Shown here piece by piece: positions 33,852 through 42,203 of a DNA stretch of 64,000 nt. A program made the translations under genes and the position numbers. The notes beneath the pieces are model-generated. The model searched no databases and was not told the origin of the DNA. It worked only from the letters and a program-made list of their open reading frames with translations. Origin of the DNA: a virus; IMG/VR virus record IMGVR_UViG_3300014158_000003, positions 1 to 64,000 of that record; one strand, 5' to 3'. Every line of letters begins with the position of its first letter. The stretch's first letter is position 1.

Positions 33852-34061
33852 ATGCCGAGAGCAGCTCTGTACCCCGCGGTCGCGTCGGTCAAGATGAGCG
33901 CAGAGCAGATGCGCCTCATCAACCAGCGCGCCAAATTGTGCGGGGTGCGGCCGAGTGTCTGGATGCGTTCCATCCTGATGCAGGCGGCGTCTTCGGCTTC
34001 CAGGGACAAGCCGCGCGACGGCTACCTCCGCATCCGAGAGCCGGAAGGGATTACGACCTGA
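33852..34061 (+). CDS. RHH/MobC-like regulator
   Basis: VASVKMSAEQMRLINQRAKLCGVRPSVWMRSILM. Confidence 0.65.
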   Translation: MPRAALYPAVASVKMSAEQMRLINQRAKLCGVRPSVWMRSILMQAASSASRDKPRDGYLRIREPEGITT

Positions 34062-34516
34062 TGGACAGATCGCAGCAGCACATGCTCGGCCTCGACCCCG
34101 AGAAGCAGGTCAAGGTCGATGTGCGCGTCTGGTTCGGGCAGAAGCTCGCGCTCTGGCGCAGCAAGGTCGGCTGGGACATCGCCGTCCGGCAGGCGGGCGA
34201 GATCGTCGCGCGCTGCCGGCACACGGACGGCTGCGACGGCGCGAAGGACGAGGGGGCGCCGTGCCTCGGAGAGTGCCCGGACCGCGAGATCCGGATGTCC
34301 GCCCTGGTCGTCTTGAACGCCGCCCGGCAGTTCGCGCCGCCGAGCGCCAGCAAGATCGCCAACCAGCCGTACACGGCGCCGAGCCGGGAATACTTCTCGG
34401 ACGTCGTCGCGGAGCTCGGCGCGTGCCAGGCCGAACTCGCGGCCCTGCAGCGGGACGGTGGTTACGGCGCCGTCCGAGAACGACCCCACCCAAGCTCGAG
34501 GAGAAAAACCCAGTGA
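34061..34516 (+). CDS. Hypothetical protein with Cys/His cluster
   Basis: TGATG coupling; CRH..GC...C..ECPDRE. Confidence 0.6.
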   Translation: MDRSQQHMLGLDPEKQVKVDVRVWFGQKLALWRSKVGWDIAVRQAGEIVARCRHTDGCDGAKDEGAPCLGECPDREIRMSALVVLNAARQFAPPSASKIANQPYTAPSREYFSDVVAELGACQAELAALQRDGGYGAVRERPHPSSRRKTQ

Positions 34517-34905
34517 AGTTCGAACCACGCCGCGGTCAAGCCATCGGCCGCATCGTCATCAAGCCGTCGCGATCGTCCATCCTCAGGCCGGATCAGACCA
34601 AGGGGATCTCGAAGTTCGTGATCCTCGACGCGGTCGGTCCCGATCTCCTGGCCAAGGGCTTGAAGGTGGGTGACGTCATCGTTCCGCGGGCGGTCGGCAA
34701 CGTCATGATGGACGACGGCGCCTCGTTCCGGCCGACCGTCAACGAGGAGGACATCTTGCTCGTCGTGCGCGACTGGTCGAGCCTCGACGAGTTTCACGTG
34801 CAGGTCGACAACGGCACGAGGTACGTGCCCTTCAGCGACGCGCTGGCCGCCAAGTCGCTCGGAGCGATCAGCGAGGCGCAGGACGCCAACTCGGCGGCGG
34901 CATGA
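34513..34905 (+). CDS. groES: Divergent GroES-like co-chaperonin
   Basis: KFEP....., SSILRPD mobile loop, AVGPD...LKVGDVI, VNEEDILLVV. Confidence 0.6.
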   Translation: MKFEPRRGQAIGRIVIKPSRSSILRPDQTKGISKFVILDAVGPDLLAKGLKVGDVIVPRAVGNVMMDDGASFRPTVNEEDILLVVRDWSSLDEFHVQVDNGTRYVPFSDALAAKSLGAISEAQDANSAAA

Positions 34906-35597
34906 GCCGGATCGTCAGCGCGTACGACCCGACGGCGGTCGCCCGACTGCTCCAGCGCAGCGGCGGGTGCGGCTGTCGCGAGCCCGCAGCCGCGCGCGTC
35001 GTCGCCGAGCACACGGTGCGGTCGTCGCGCCGGCGCCGGGTGAGAGACGACGCGCACGAGAACGCGCTCGCCGACGCCGGAGCCGACCCGGTCGTCCTCG
35101 GCGCGGGCAACGGGTCGAAGTGTCGGCCGTTCTTGATGGTCCACAAGGATCCAGAGAGGTTCGCCGCGTGCAACGCGCTCGCCGACTCGATCGGGCCGCT
35201 CGACACACCGAAGAAGGCGTTCAAGTTGATCCACGAAGCCATCGGCGACGAGGTCAACGAGGTCTTCGGGATCGTCACGCTCGACCTGCACCTGCGCATG
35301 AAGAGCGTGGCCGAGACGGGTCGCGGCGAGCCGGCCGCCGTGCTGGCGCCCATGGTCCCGACGCTGCAGGCGGCACTCATCGACGGCGCGCATGCCGTGG
35401 TTGTTTTTCATTGTCACCCCTCTGGGATAGAGGCAGAGCCGAGCGACGCGGACAAGGAGACGACCGAGGCGTTCGCGGACGCGTTCGACACCGTCGGTGT
35501 CGGTCTGCTCGACCACATCATCCTAGGAGGGTCCGTCGAGAAACCGTCCTACTTCAGTTTCTTGGAGGCGGGTCTCTTGCCCCCGCTGCCAGAGTAG
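34902..35597 (+). CDS. radC: RadC-like JAB domain protein
   Basis: E...HCHPSG...PSDAD...LLDHIILG. Confidence 0.85.
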   Translation: MSRIVSAYDPTAVARLLQRSGGCGCREPAAARVVAEHTVRSSRRRRVRDDAHENALADAGADPVVLGAGNGSKCRPFLMVHKDPERFAACNALADSIGPLDTPKKAFKLIHEAIGDEVNEVFGIVTLDLHLRMKSVAETGRGEPAAVLAPMVPTLQAALIDGAHAVVVFHCHPSGIEAEPSDADKETTEAFADAFDTVGVGLLDHIILGGSVEKPSYFSFLEAGLLPPLPE

Positions 35598-35671
35598 CCG
35601 CCGGCGAGCCATCTTTTTCATTTCGAACGAAGTTCGCCAAGACCCAATTTTCATTGGAGCCAACCACTCTC

Positions 35672-36139
35672 ATGACCCAGCAACAGCATCCGAACGACCT
35701 GCCCATCCTCCCCGTGGAGCATGAGATACCCCAACCGGATCCGGACGCCACGATCCTGATCCGGCTGGCCACCCACTCGCTCGCCATTGGCGCGAGCGCC
35801 AGCCCCGAACCCATGGCCTGGGTCATGAGCCAGCAGCACCCGCTCGTCCGCACAGCGAAGATCGTGCGGATGTACCTGCGCGAGGACGGCGGGGTCGACG
35901 TGTACTGGAGCGACGGCAAGATGTACCTGCGCACGTTCATCCCGGAGCGCGCCATCATCTTCTTCGAGGAGATCATGAGCAAAGACACCTTCGTCGCGTT
36001 TATCGAGCAAGCCGAGACCGAGACCGAGTCCGAAGAGGAGGAAGAGGATCAGGGACAGGACGAGCCCGAGCCTGCGGGTCAGGTGACCGCCCCGATTCCG
36101 GACCCGAGCGAGCCGGGGCCGACGGGTCCCTCGGCGTAA
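35672..36139 (+). CDS. Hypothetical protein, acidic C-terminus
   Basis: ATG at 35672 within listed ORF; coding-like. Confidence 0.6.
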   Translation: MTQQQHPNDLPILPVEHEIPQPDPDATILIRLATHSLAIGASASPEPMAWVMSQQHPLVRTAKIVRMYLREDGGVDVYWSDGKMYLRTFIPERAIIFFEEIMSKDTFVAFIEQAETETESEEEEEDQGQDEPEPAGQVTAPIPDPSEPGPTGPSA

Positions 36140-36153
36140 AGGGAGGTCGACGA

Positions 36154-38145
36154 ATGCCGACCGGAGACGAGCCCGAGGATGTCGAAGAGGACGTCGAGGA
36201 CGAGGACGACAGCGATGACGAGGAGGGCGGCGACGCTGGCAGCGGAGACGACGACACCATCGAGTCGGACGGTCAGCGGCTTGTCCGGCTCGACCGGCGC
36301 CGGCGCATCGCCGCCGCGCCGTCGGACCTCGCCCCGACCTCGACCCGGGACTCGCGCGCGTCACCAAGACCGCCCGCGCCCACGCCTCGGGTCACCGCCA
36401 ACCCGACCCGCCGTCGACCCAAGAAGAAGAAGCGCCCCACCGAACCCGCCGCGAACCCCACGCCCGTGACCAACCACACAGCACCTCCGCCGCCCCAACC
36501 TCCCGCTCCGGCGGCCCCGGCGCCCCCCGCCGCGAGCGCGGCGGAGGGCAACGTCTTTCTTGCGTTCGAGGAGACGGTCAAACTGCACCCGGCTGCGTCG
36601 CACACGATCGCGGTCGTCCGCAAGAGCGGCACCCCGGCGCAGTGGATGATCGCCGACCGGCCGCGCACGGCCAACGAGCTGTACGCCGCGATCCTGAGGA
36701 TCCACGGGCGCAGCCCGGAGACCACCTACGAGGTCACCTTCCGCGACGGGGCCGGGCACGGCAACGGCGGCGAGGTCTCGATGCCGAGCACGGTGGACCA
36801 GCCCGGCGCGCCCATGGCGCCTGCGCCAGCGTACCCGTCGCCGCCGCAACCGCAGTACGCGCAGCCGCCGTACGCGCCGCAGTACCCGCCGCCCGCGGTC
36901 GCCGCCCCAGTCGCGCCGCAGGCCCAGCCGGGCACCCCGTTCGACGCGATGCTGGCGATGCAGAAGCAGCTCTTCGAGATGGTGAACGCGATGGCGCCGA
37001 AGCCGGTCGCCGCCCCGCCGGCGCCGCCCGCTCCACCCCAGCAGCCGCCCGCGCCGGACATCAACGCGCTGCTCGCGATGCAGAAGCAGATGTTCGACAT
37101 GATCCAGGCGCTGCAGGCCCCCGTCGGCGGTTCCGCCGCTCCGCCGCCGGCGCCACCCCCGCCGCAGCAGCAGGCGCCCGCACCCGCCGCCGCTCCGGAT
37201 CCGATGAGCGCGATGCTCGCGATGCAGAAGCAGGTGTTCGACATGATGCAGGCGCTGCAGACCGGACACCCGCCGCCGGCTCCGGCTCCTGCGCCGCCCA
37301 CACCTGCGCCTGCGCCGCCTACCGACCCGACCGGCGCGATGCTCGCGATGCAGAAGCAGATGTTCGACATGATGCTCACGATGATGCAGACGGCCCAGCG
37401 AGGGGCTGCCCCGGCGGGGCCTGCCGGCCCGTACAGGCGCTACGACCCGCGCGACCCGCGCGACCCCCGCGATCCGGGCGATCCCAGCGCGCCGCCGTAC
37501 GCGCGGCCGCCCTACCCGCCGTCGCCGCAGCGGCCGCAGACGCCGACCGAGCAGCTGCAGGACGCGGTCAGGGTCGTGCGCTCGACCGTGGAAATCGCGC
37601 GCGAGTTCGCCGAGGGGTTCGGCGGTCGCGCGGCCGAGCCGGCGCCGCCGCCCGTCGACGATGACGACGACAGCCCCGTGAAGGTCATCGACATGGGCCT
37701 GGCCAAGAGCGTCATCAACCGGAGCGACGGGACCCTGCGCGGCTTCGAGACGGCGATGGCCAACCTGCCGAGCGCCCTCAAGTGGTGGGGCGAGCAGCAG
37801 GAGAAGATCCGCTCCGCGAGGGCGGAGGCCGAGGAGCGAAGGCGCCAGCAGCAGCTGCCCCCTGGGTACGTGGTGGCGACGCCGGACTACCAACCCCCGG
37901 AGGGGTTCGTCGCCGTCCCGGTCTGCAAGCACGGGCGCCCCGTCGTGGAGTGTCCCGACGAGCGGTGCCGCGCGGGGCTGAGGCAGGCTGCGCCGGCGCA
38001 GCCGGTCGCCGCCCCGCTGCCGGAGCCGCCGGCCGAGATGCCGCCGCCGATCGCCCAGCGCGAGCCGGTCCGGCCGGTCGCTGAGAGTGAGGGGACGGGA
38101 CCGACGTCGTGGGGCATGCCGCCCGGGATCCCACAGAAACAGTAG
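36154..38145 (+). CDS. Pro-rich protein with four AMLAMQKQxFDM repeats
   Basis: GGAGG RBS; repeats visible in translation. Confidence 0.75.
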   Translation: MPTGDEPEDVEEDVEDEDDSDDEEGGDAGSGDDDTIESDGQRLVRLDRRRRIAAAPSDLAPTSTRDSRASPRPPAPTPRVTANPTRRRPKKKKRPTEPAANPTPVTNHTAPPPPQPPAPAAPAPPAASAAEGNVFLAFEETVKLHPAASHTIAVVRKSGTPAQWMIADRPRTANELYAAILRIHGRSPETTYEVTFRDGAGHGNGGEVSMPSTVDQPGAPMAPAPAYPSPPQPQYAQPPYAPQYPPPAVAAPVAPQAQPGTPFDAMLAMQKQLFEMVNAMAPKPVAAPPAPPAPPQQPPAPDINALLAMQKQMFDMIQALQAPVGGSAAPPPAPPPPQQQAPAPAAAPDPMSAMLAMQKQVFDMMQALQTGHPPPAPAPAPPTPAPAPPTDPTGAMLAMQKQMFDMMLTMMQTAQRGAAPAGPAGPYRRYDPRDPRDPRDPGDPSAPPYARPPYPPSPQRPQTPTEQLQDAVRVVRSTVEIAREFAEGFGGRAAEPAPPPVDDDDDSPVKVIDMGLAKSVINRSDGTLRGFETAMANLPSALKWWGEQQEKIRSARAEAEERRRQQQLPPGYVVATPDYQPPEGFVAVPVCKHGRPVVECPDERCRAGLRQAAPAQPVAAPLPEPPAEMPPPIAQREPVRPVAESEGTGPTSWGMPPGIPQKQ

Positions 38146-38158
38146 GAGAACGGAAACG

Positions 38159-38341
38159 ATGCGCTTCGCCATCTTCATGAGGGTCACCGTCGACGCGTCG
38201 GGCGAGCCGCAGGCGGTCGACTGGGCGAGGAAGTTCGAGAAGCTGCTCAAGAACCCGATGGCGAAGACGGCGATCGTGGCCGAGGGGATCAAGATGGTCG
38301 GCGAGCCGGTGGCGCTGCAGCCGAAGCGGGAGGACCCGTGA
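38159..38341 (+). CDS. Small hypothetical protein
   Basis: AGGAG RBS; MRFAIFMRV start. Confidence 0.6.
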   Translation: MRFAIFMRVTVDASGEPQAVDWARKFEKLLKNPMAKTAIVAEGIKMVGEPVALQPKREDP

Positions 38342-38979
38342 CCAGGGCCGAATACGAGAAACCGGAGGGCGCGTGCTCGTACGGCTCGTGCCTCAAGAAG
38401 GCGATCGAGGGAGGCCGGTGCGGCCGGCACCACCGGTTCGCCTTCAAGAGCCGCGTGAGATTCGGCGGCGAGAGCCGCGAGAAGGTCCAGCGGGTGCGGT
38501 TCGGGACCGACGTCGGCGACCCGCGCGAGGCCCTCGTCGAGGCCCTCGCGGGAGACGACGCGCTCGCCGTCGTGGACGCGCTCGACGTCTATCTGGATAT
38601 CCCGGTCGGGCTCCAGCTGTCGGTCCGAAACCCAGACGCCGAGCGGGACCAGGCGATCCGGGAGCGAGACGAGGCGGTCGCGCGCGCGGAGAGAGCCGAG
38701 CAAGGGCTGAATGGATCGCAGGTGTCCGAGCCGGTGTCGCCGGTGCAACCGGAACCGCCGTCGAGCGCCTCGTCGCTGCCACCAACGTCGCCCGACGTGT
38801 ACACGCAGAACGACATCGCCAACGGCGTGCCCGAGTCGACCGACGAGATCGTCGGCGTCGCGGACAACCTCAGGGTCGCTGCGGCTTCGCTGCGCGTGGC
38901 TGTCAGGACGCTCGCGGACGTCGCCGCGTCGAAGCTCGTCGCGGCGGTCGCTAAGTTCAAGCGCGCTCAGCGAACCTGA
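38338..38979 (+). CDS. Hypothetical protein with CxxxxC...CxxH motif and capsid-like N-terminal segment
   Basis: Contains GGESREKVQRV, shared with the 45641 ORF. Confidence 0.6.
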   Translation: MTRAEYEKPEGACSYGSCLKKAIEGGRCGRHHRFAFKSRVRFGGESREKVQRVRFGTDVGDPREALVEALAGDDALAVVDALDVYLDIPVGLQLSVRNPDAERDQAIRERDEAVARAERAEQGLNGSQVSEPVSPVQPEPPSSASSLPPTSPDVYTQNDIANGVPESTDEIVGVADNLRVAAASLRVAVRTLADVAASKLVAAVAKFKRAQRT

Positions 38980-38980
38980 C

Positions 38981-39475
38981 GTGGTCAAGAACGCGGAGAT
39001 CGTGACCGTGAACACGGTCGGCCTGACGCGTAACCAGCGCAGGGCCCTGAAGAACCCGAAGGTCATGCGGCGCATCGTCCAGGAGTCACTCGCCGAGATC
39101 AGGGCGGGTAGAAAGGACGTGCCCGCGGACCCCGTCGTCGCGGGCGAAGACGAGGACAGGAGGGAGATGCGACTCATGGCCGAGAAGGTGAGCGATGAGT
39201 GGACGGAAGAGATCCGATCGGCGGCCGGGCGCCTGCACCTGGTCAGGGAGCAGTTCCAGGAAGAAGCTGTGGCGGCCATCCGGGCGTCGATCTCCGCGAC
39301 CATCCGCTCTCCGGAGTTCAGGCGCGCGCTGGCCGAGACGATCGCGGGTGCCGCCAAAGAGGTCGCGAAGGAGATCCTCGCCGAGGACACGCCCCACTTG
39401 GAGGCCGAGGTGCGCGCGCTCGTGCGGGCCAGGTTCGGGGCCGAGGTCGAGAAGGCGGCGAGAACGCGAAGCTGA
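38981..39475 (+). CDS. Helical hypothetical protein
   Basis: GTG right after previous stop. Confidence 0.5.
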   Translation: MVKNAEIVTVNTVGLTRNQRRALKNPKVMRRIVQESLAEIRAGRKDVPADPVVAGEDEDRREMRLMAEKVSDEWTEEIRSAAGRLHLVREQFQEEAVAAIRASISATIRSPEFRRALAETIAGAAKEVAKEILAEDTPHLEAEVRALVRARFGAEVEKAARTRS

Positions 39476-39483
39476 CGCCAGAA

Positions 39484-39864
39484 GTGCTCGACCGAGTCCG
39501 CGCGAAGCTCGCGGACGGGTCGCACCTGCGCGCCATCGCGAAAGAACTACAGGTGCCGCTATCGACGCTGCACCGGAGAGTACCCGGATTGGCAAAGGGA
39601 GGGACTGACGAGGAGCGCGCCGGGTGGCTGCATAAGGCTTGGATGAAGAACTGGGACAACACGACGCCCGAAGAGCGGCGAAAGCGAACGGCGCATCTCC
39701 GTATGGTGACACATGAGCAGCGGAGCGAAGCCGCCAAGAAATCTTGGGCGTTGATGACGACTGAGCAGAAGGAACAGCGCAGGGAGCGGGTCCGAGAGAC
39801 GTGGGCGCGCAAGAGAAAGCAGCGAGCCATGAAAGGTCGCGCCGCTGTTCACGGCGACCCGTAA
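39484..39864 (+). CDS. HTH + TPEER-repeat protein (endonuclease DNA-binding remnant?)
   Basis: GSHLRAIAKELQVPLSTLHR HTH; TPEERR/THEQRS/TTEQKE repeats like those of the GIY-YIG ORF; start uncertain. Confidence 0.5.
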   Translation: MLDRVRAKLADGSHLRAIAKELQVPLSTLHRRVPGLAKGGTDEERAGWLHKAWMKNWDNTTPEERRKRTAHLRMVTHEQRSEAAKKSWALMTTEQKEQRRERVRETWARKRKQRAMKGRAAVHGDP

Positions 39865-39953
39865 ACCTGTCACTACACGCCGCCCGGCACCTCGTCGGCA
39901 GTGAGGAGCCGTAGCTTCTGGACGCTGCGACCGGTCGCGCGTAGGCTCGAGGG

Positions 39954-41066
39954 GTGCGCACCTACGTTGTCAAGCCCGGTGATTCGCCTGCCAGCATCGC
40001 CGCAAGAGACGAAATGGCGGGCTGTCCAAAGTGCGGGGCAGATTTGGCGAATCCGGAGGTCAACCCACAAAAAGAAGCTGTTGTTCTCTCGAATGGGTTC
40101 CGCACCTTCAAGTCGCTCACGCCCGGTGAAGTCATCAACTTGCCCGATGCTTGGTTCCACCCGGCCCGCGAGAAGCTGCCGAAGACGTACTACCAGATCC
40201 TGCCGCACCCGGACGGCGTCACGCGCGGCACGCTCGGCGACGCGCTCGGCGACTTCCCCGATCTCGACGCCGCCGTGACCGCGGTCGCCCAGCTCGCGGC
40301 GCTGGGCGACGCCGCGTTCACGCGGGCCGTCGGCGACGCCGGCGCGAAGGTCGACGCCGCTGTGAGGGAGGCGTACCGGTCGACGATCCCCGACGCCGCC
40401 GCCAAGGCGAGGCTCGTCAAGGACGCGACGCACTGGGTCTGGCTGCGCAACGTCGACCTCGCGGCCGCCATCGCCGCGGGCGACCGGGCGACCATCGTGA
40501 AGGCGCGCCTGGACATCCAGAACGCGCTCGCGACGGCGCTCGGCAACGCGCGGCTCGCGATCCTCGCGCTCGCGCCGGGCGGTACGTCCGTCGTGTCGCC
40601 GTCCTCCGCGCCGCCTGAGCTGCTCGCGGCCGCGAGGGCGGCCGCCGCCGCCATCGCGTCCGACCCCAACTACTGCACGTCGGTCACGCACCCCGGCACG
40701 CCGGTCAACGCCGCGGTGCACCGCTTTAAGCTCGCGTGGAACGCGACGCAGACGCCGAAGGTCCCCATCGGCACGAGCGCCTACGAGGTCGCGACGACCG
40801 TCGCGCTCGCGCAGGTGAACGGCAGCGCGCCGTCGGCGTGCGGCGCGGGTCGACGCCCGATGCCCGCACCGCCGCCGCCGCCACCGCTCACGCCCAAGCA
40901 GAAGGCAGAGCAGGAGAAGGCGCTCGCGCCGCCGAGCGAGGGCGGCTGGTCGCTGGGCAAGGTCGCCATCGGCGTCGCCGTCGCGGGCGCGGCGGCCGGC
41001 GGCATCGCGTACCTGGTGACGAGGCCGAAGAAGTCAGTGCGTCGAACGAGTCCGGGGTACGCATGA
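39954..41066 (+). CDS. LysM + peptidoglycan-binding-like protein with C-terminal TM anchor
   Basis: TYVVKPGDSPASIA...LTPGEVINLP; VHRFKLAWN...; C-terminal VAIGVAVAGAAAGGIAYLV; promoter TGGACG-17-TAGGCT 6 nt before GTG. Confidence 0.75.
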   Translation: MRTYVVKPGDSPASIAARDEMAGCPKCGADLANPEVNPQKEAVVLSNGFRTFKSLTPGEVINLPDAWFHPAREKLPKTYYQILPHPDGVTRGTLGDALGDFPDLDAAVTAVAQLAALGDAAFTRAVGDAGAKVDAAVREAYRSTIPDAAAKARLVKDATHWVWLRNVDLAAAIAAGDRATIVKARLDIQNALATALGNARLAILALAPGGTSVVSPSSAPPELLAAARAAAAAIASDPNYCTSVTHPGTPVNAAVHRFKLAWNATQTPKVPIGTSAYEVATTVALAQVNGSAPSACGAGRRPMPAPPPPPPLTPKQKAEQEKALAPPSEGGWSLGKVAIGVAVAGAAAGGIAYLVTRPKKSVRRTSPGYA

Positions 41067-41737
41067 TCATCGTAGACAAGCCCGTGGAAGGCGTAAAAAC
41101 CGACGCACGCATGCACCCTGCCGGTCGAGAGGGATCGCTCCTATCGCTCAAGGAAGTCGCCGAGCGCTCGTGGAAGAGTCGGATGTCTCCGCGCTTGCGC
41201 GCGTGGACGACGCAGAAGCTCGCCGAGGTGGGCGTGTCGACCGGATCGCGCCGACAGAAGGGTCAGGCGGTCCTCGACGCGTTTCGTAAGAAGGTGCCGT
41301 ACGTCGCTGACCCGGTGCTCGGCGAGTTCATGGAGACTCCAGAGCAGACCCTCTGCTTGGACGAGGGAGGTCTCTGCTTCATCGGCACCGACTGCGACGG
41401 CGCAGCCATCACACTCGCAGCCGCGATGATGTCGATCGGGATCCCAGCGATGATCGTCGGCTCGTCGCACAAGCACCCGTACGACGTCCCGACGCACGTC
41501 TTCATGGCGTTCCAGGACGAGCAGGGCGACTGGGTCCGCATGGACGGCACGACCAAGCACCCGGTCGGGCGCGTCGGCAAGCACGAGCGCGAATTTTGGG
41601 TGGAGCCGGGCGCGGAGGCGAAGGATCGCGGCGAGGGCGACTTTGTCGGCATGGCGGGCGGCAGCGAGGTCGGCGTCGGGTCGGCGCGCGTGCTCGCCGT
41701 GAGCACGCTCGACCTGCTCTACCCGTCGTTCAAGTAA
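41063..41737 (+). CDS. Transglutaminase-like cysteine enzyme (putative protease)
   Basis: YVADP, DCDG..ITLAA, THVF, WVRMDGT: Cys-His-Asp triad. Confidence 0.8.
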   Translation: MIIVDKPVEGVKTDARMHPAGREGSLLSLKEVAERSWKSRMSPRLRAWTTQKLAEVGVSTGSRRQKGQAVLDAFRKKVPYVADPVLGEFMETPEQTLCLDEGGLCFIGTDCDGAAITLAAAMMSIGIPAMIVGSSHKHPYDVPTHVFMAFQDEQGDWVRMDGTTKHPVGRVGKHEREFWVEPGAEAKDRGEGDFVGMAGGSEVGVGSARVLAVSTLDLLYPSFK

Positions 41738-41763
41738 CTCGCGCGACGCAGCGTCGCATCGTC

Positions 41764-41866
41764 GCTTGCAACCGTTGCATCCGCGGCTTGCAACCGTTGC
41801 ATCGATGCTTGCAACCGGCGTGCTCCTGTTGCATCCGTGCCTTGCAACTGGATGCTCCCGTTGCAC
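41764..41866. repeat. Array of TGCAAC/TGCATC half-sites
   Basis: GCTTGCAACCGTTGCATC at 41764 and 41786, partial third copy at 41807, further TTGCA cores to 41865. Confidence 0.8.
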
Positions 41867-42203
41867 ACCTCCGAGCGCCGACAATCCGAACTAAGGACTA
41901 CCCGGGACATACCGGAGTATTCTGTTTACGGACTGCGCATCGCGCGCGCGATCGAAATCCGAAGAGTCGATCGCGCGCCGCGCACTGACCTCTCGGTCGC
42001 GTCGCGAAGCGGCGACACGTCACGCCGGTAAGTTCACGACTTCACGGCTGTTTTTCCTGAACTCACGCGCCGCACCACCGCGCGGAGATCGGCCTCGTCA
42101 GCACTGCAATCTGCACGCGAAAATTCGAGTCGATCGCGCGCGATCGACCAAAACTGTTTGACGCATCCAGAGCGCATTGTGAGCCTTCTTCTACGTTGAA
42201 GAC

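Noticed and set aside
41764-41866. Short palindromic repeats as mini-CRISPR
   Set aside because: Only about 4-bp gaps between units; no spacer-length unique sequence
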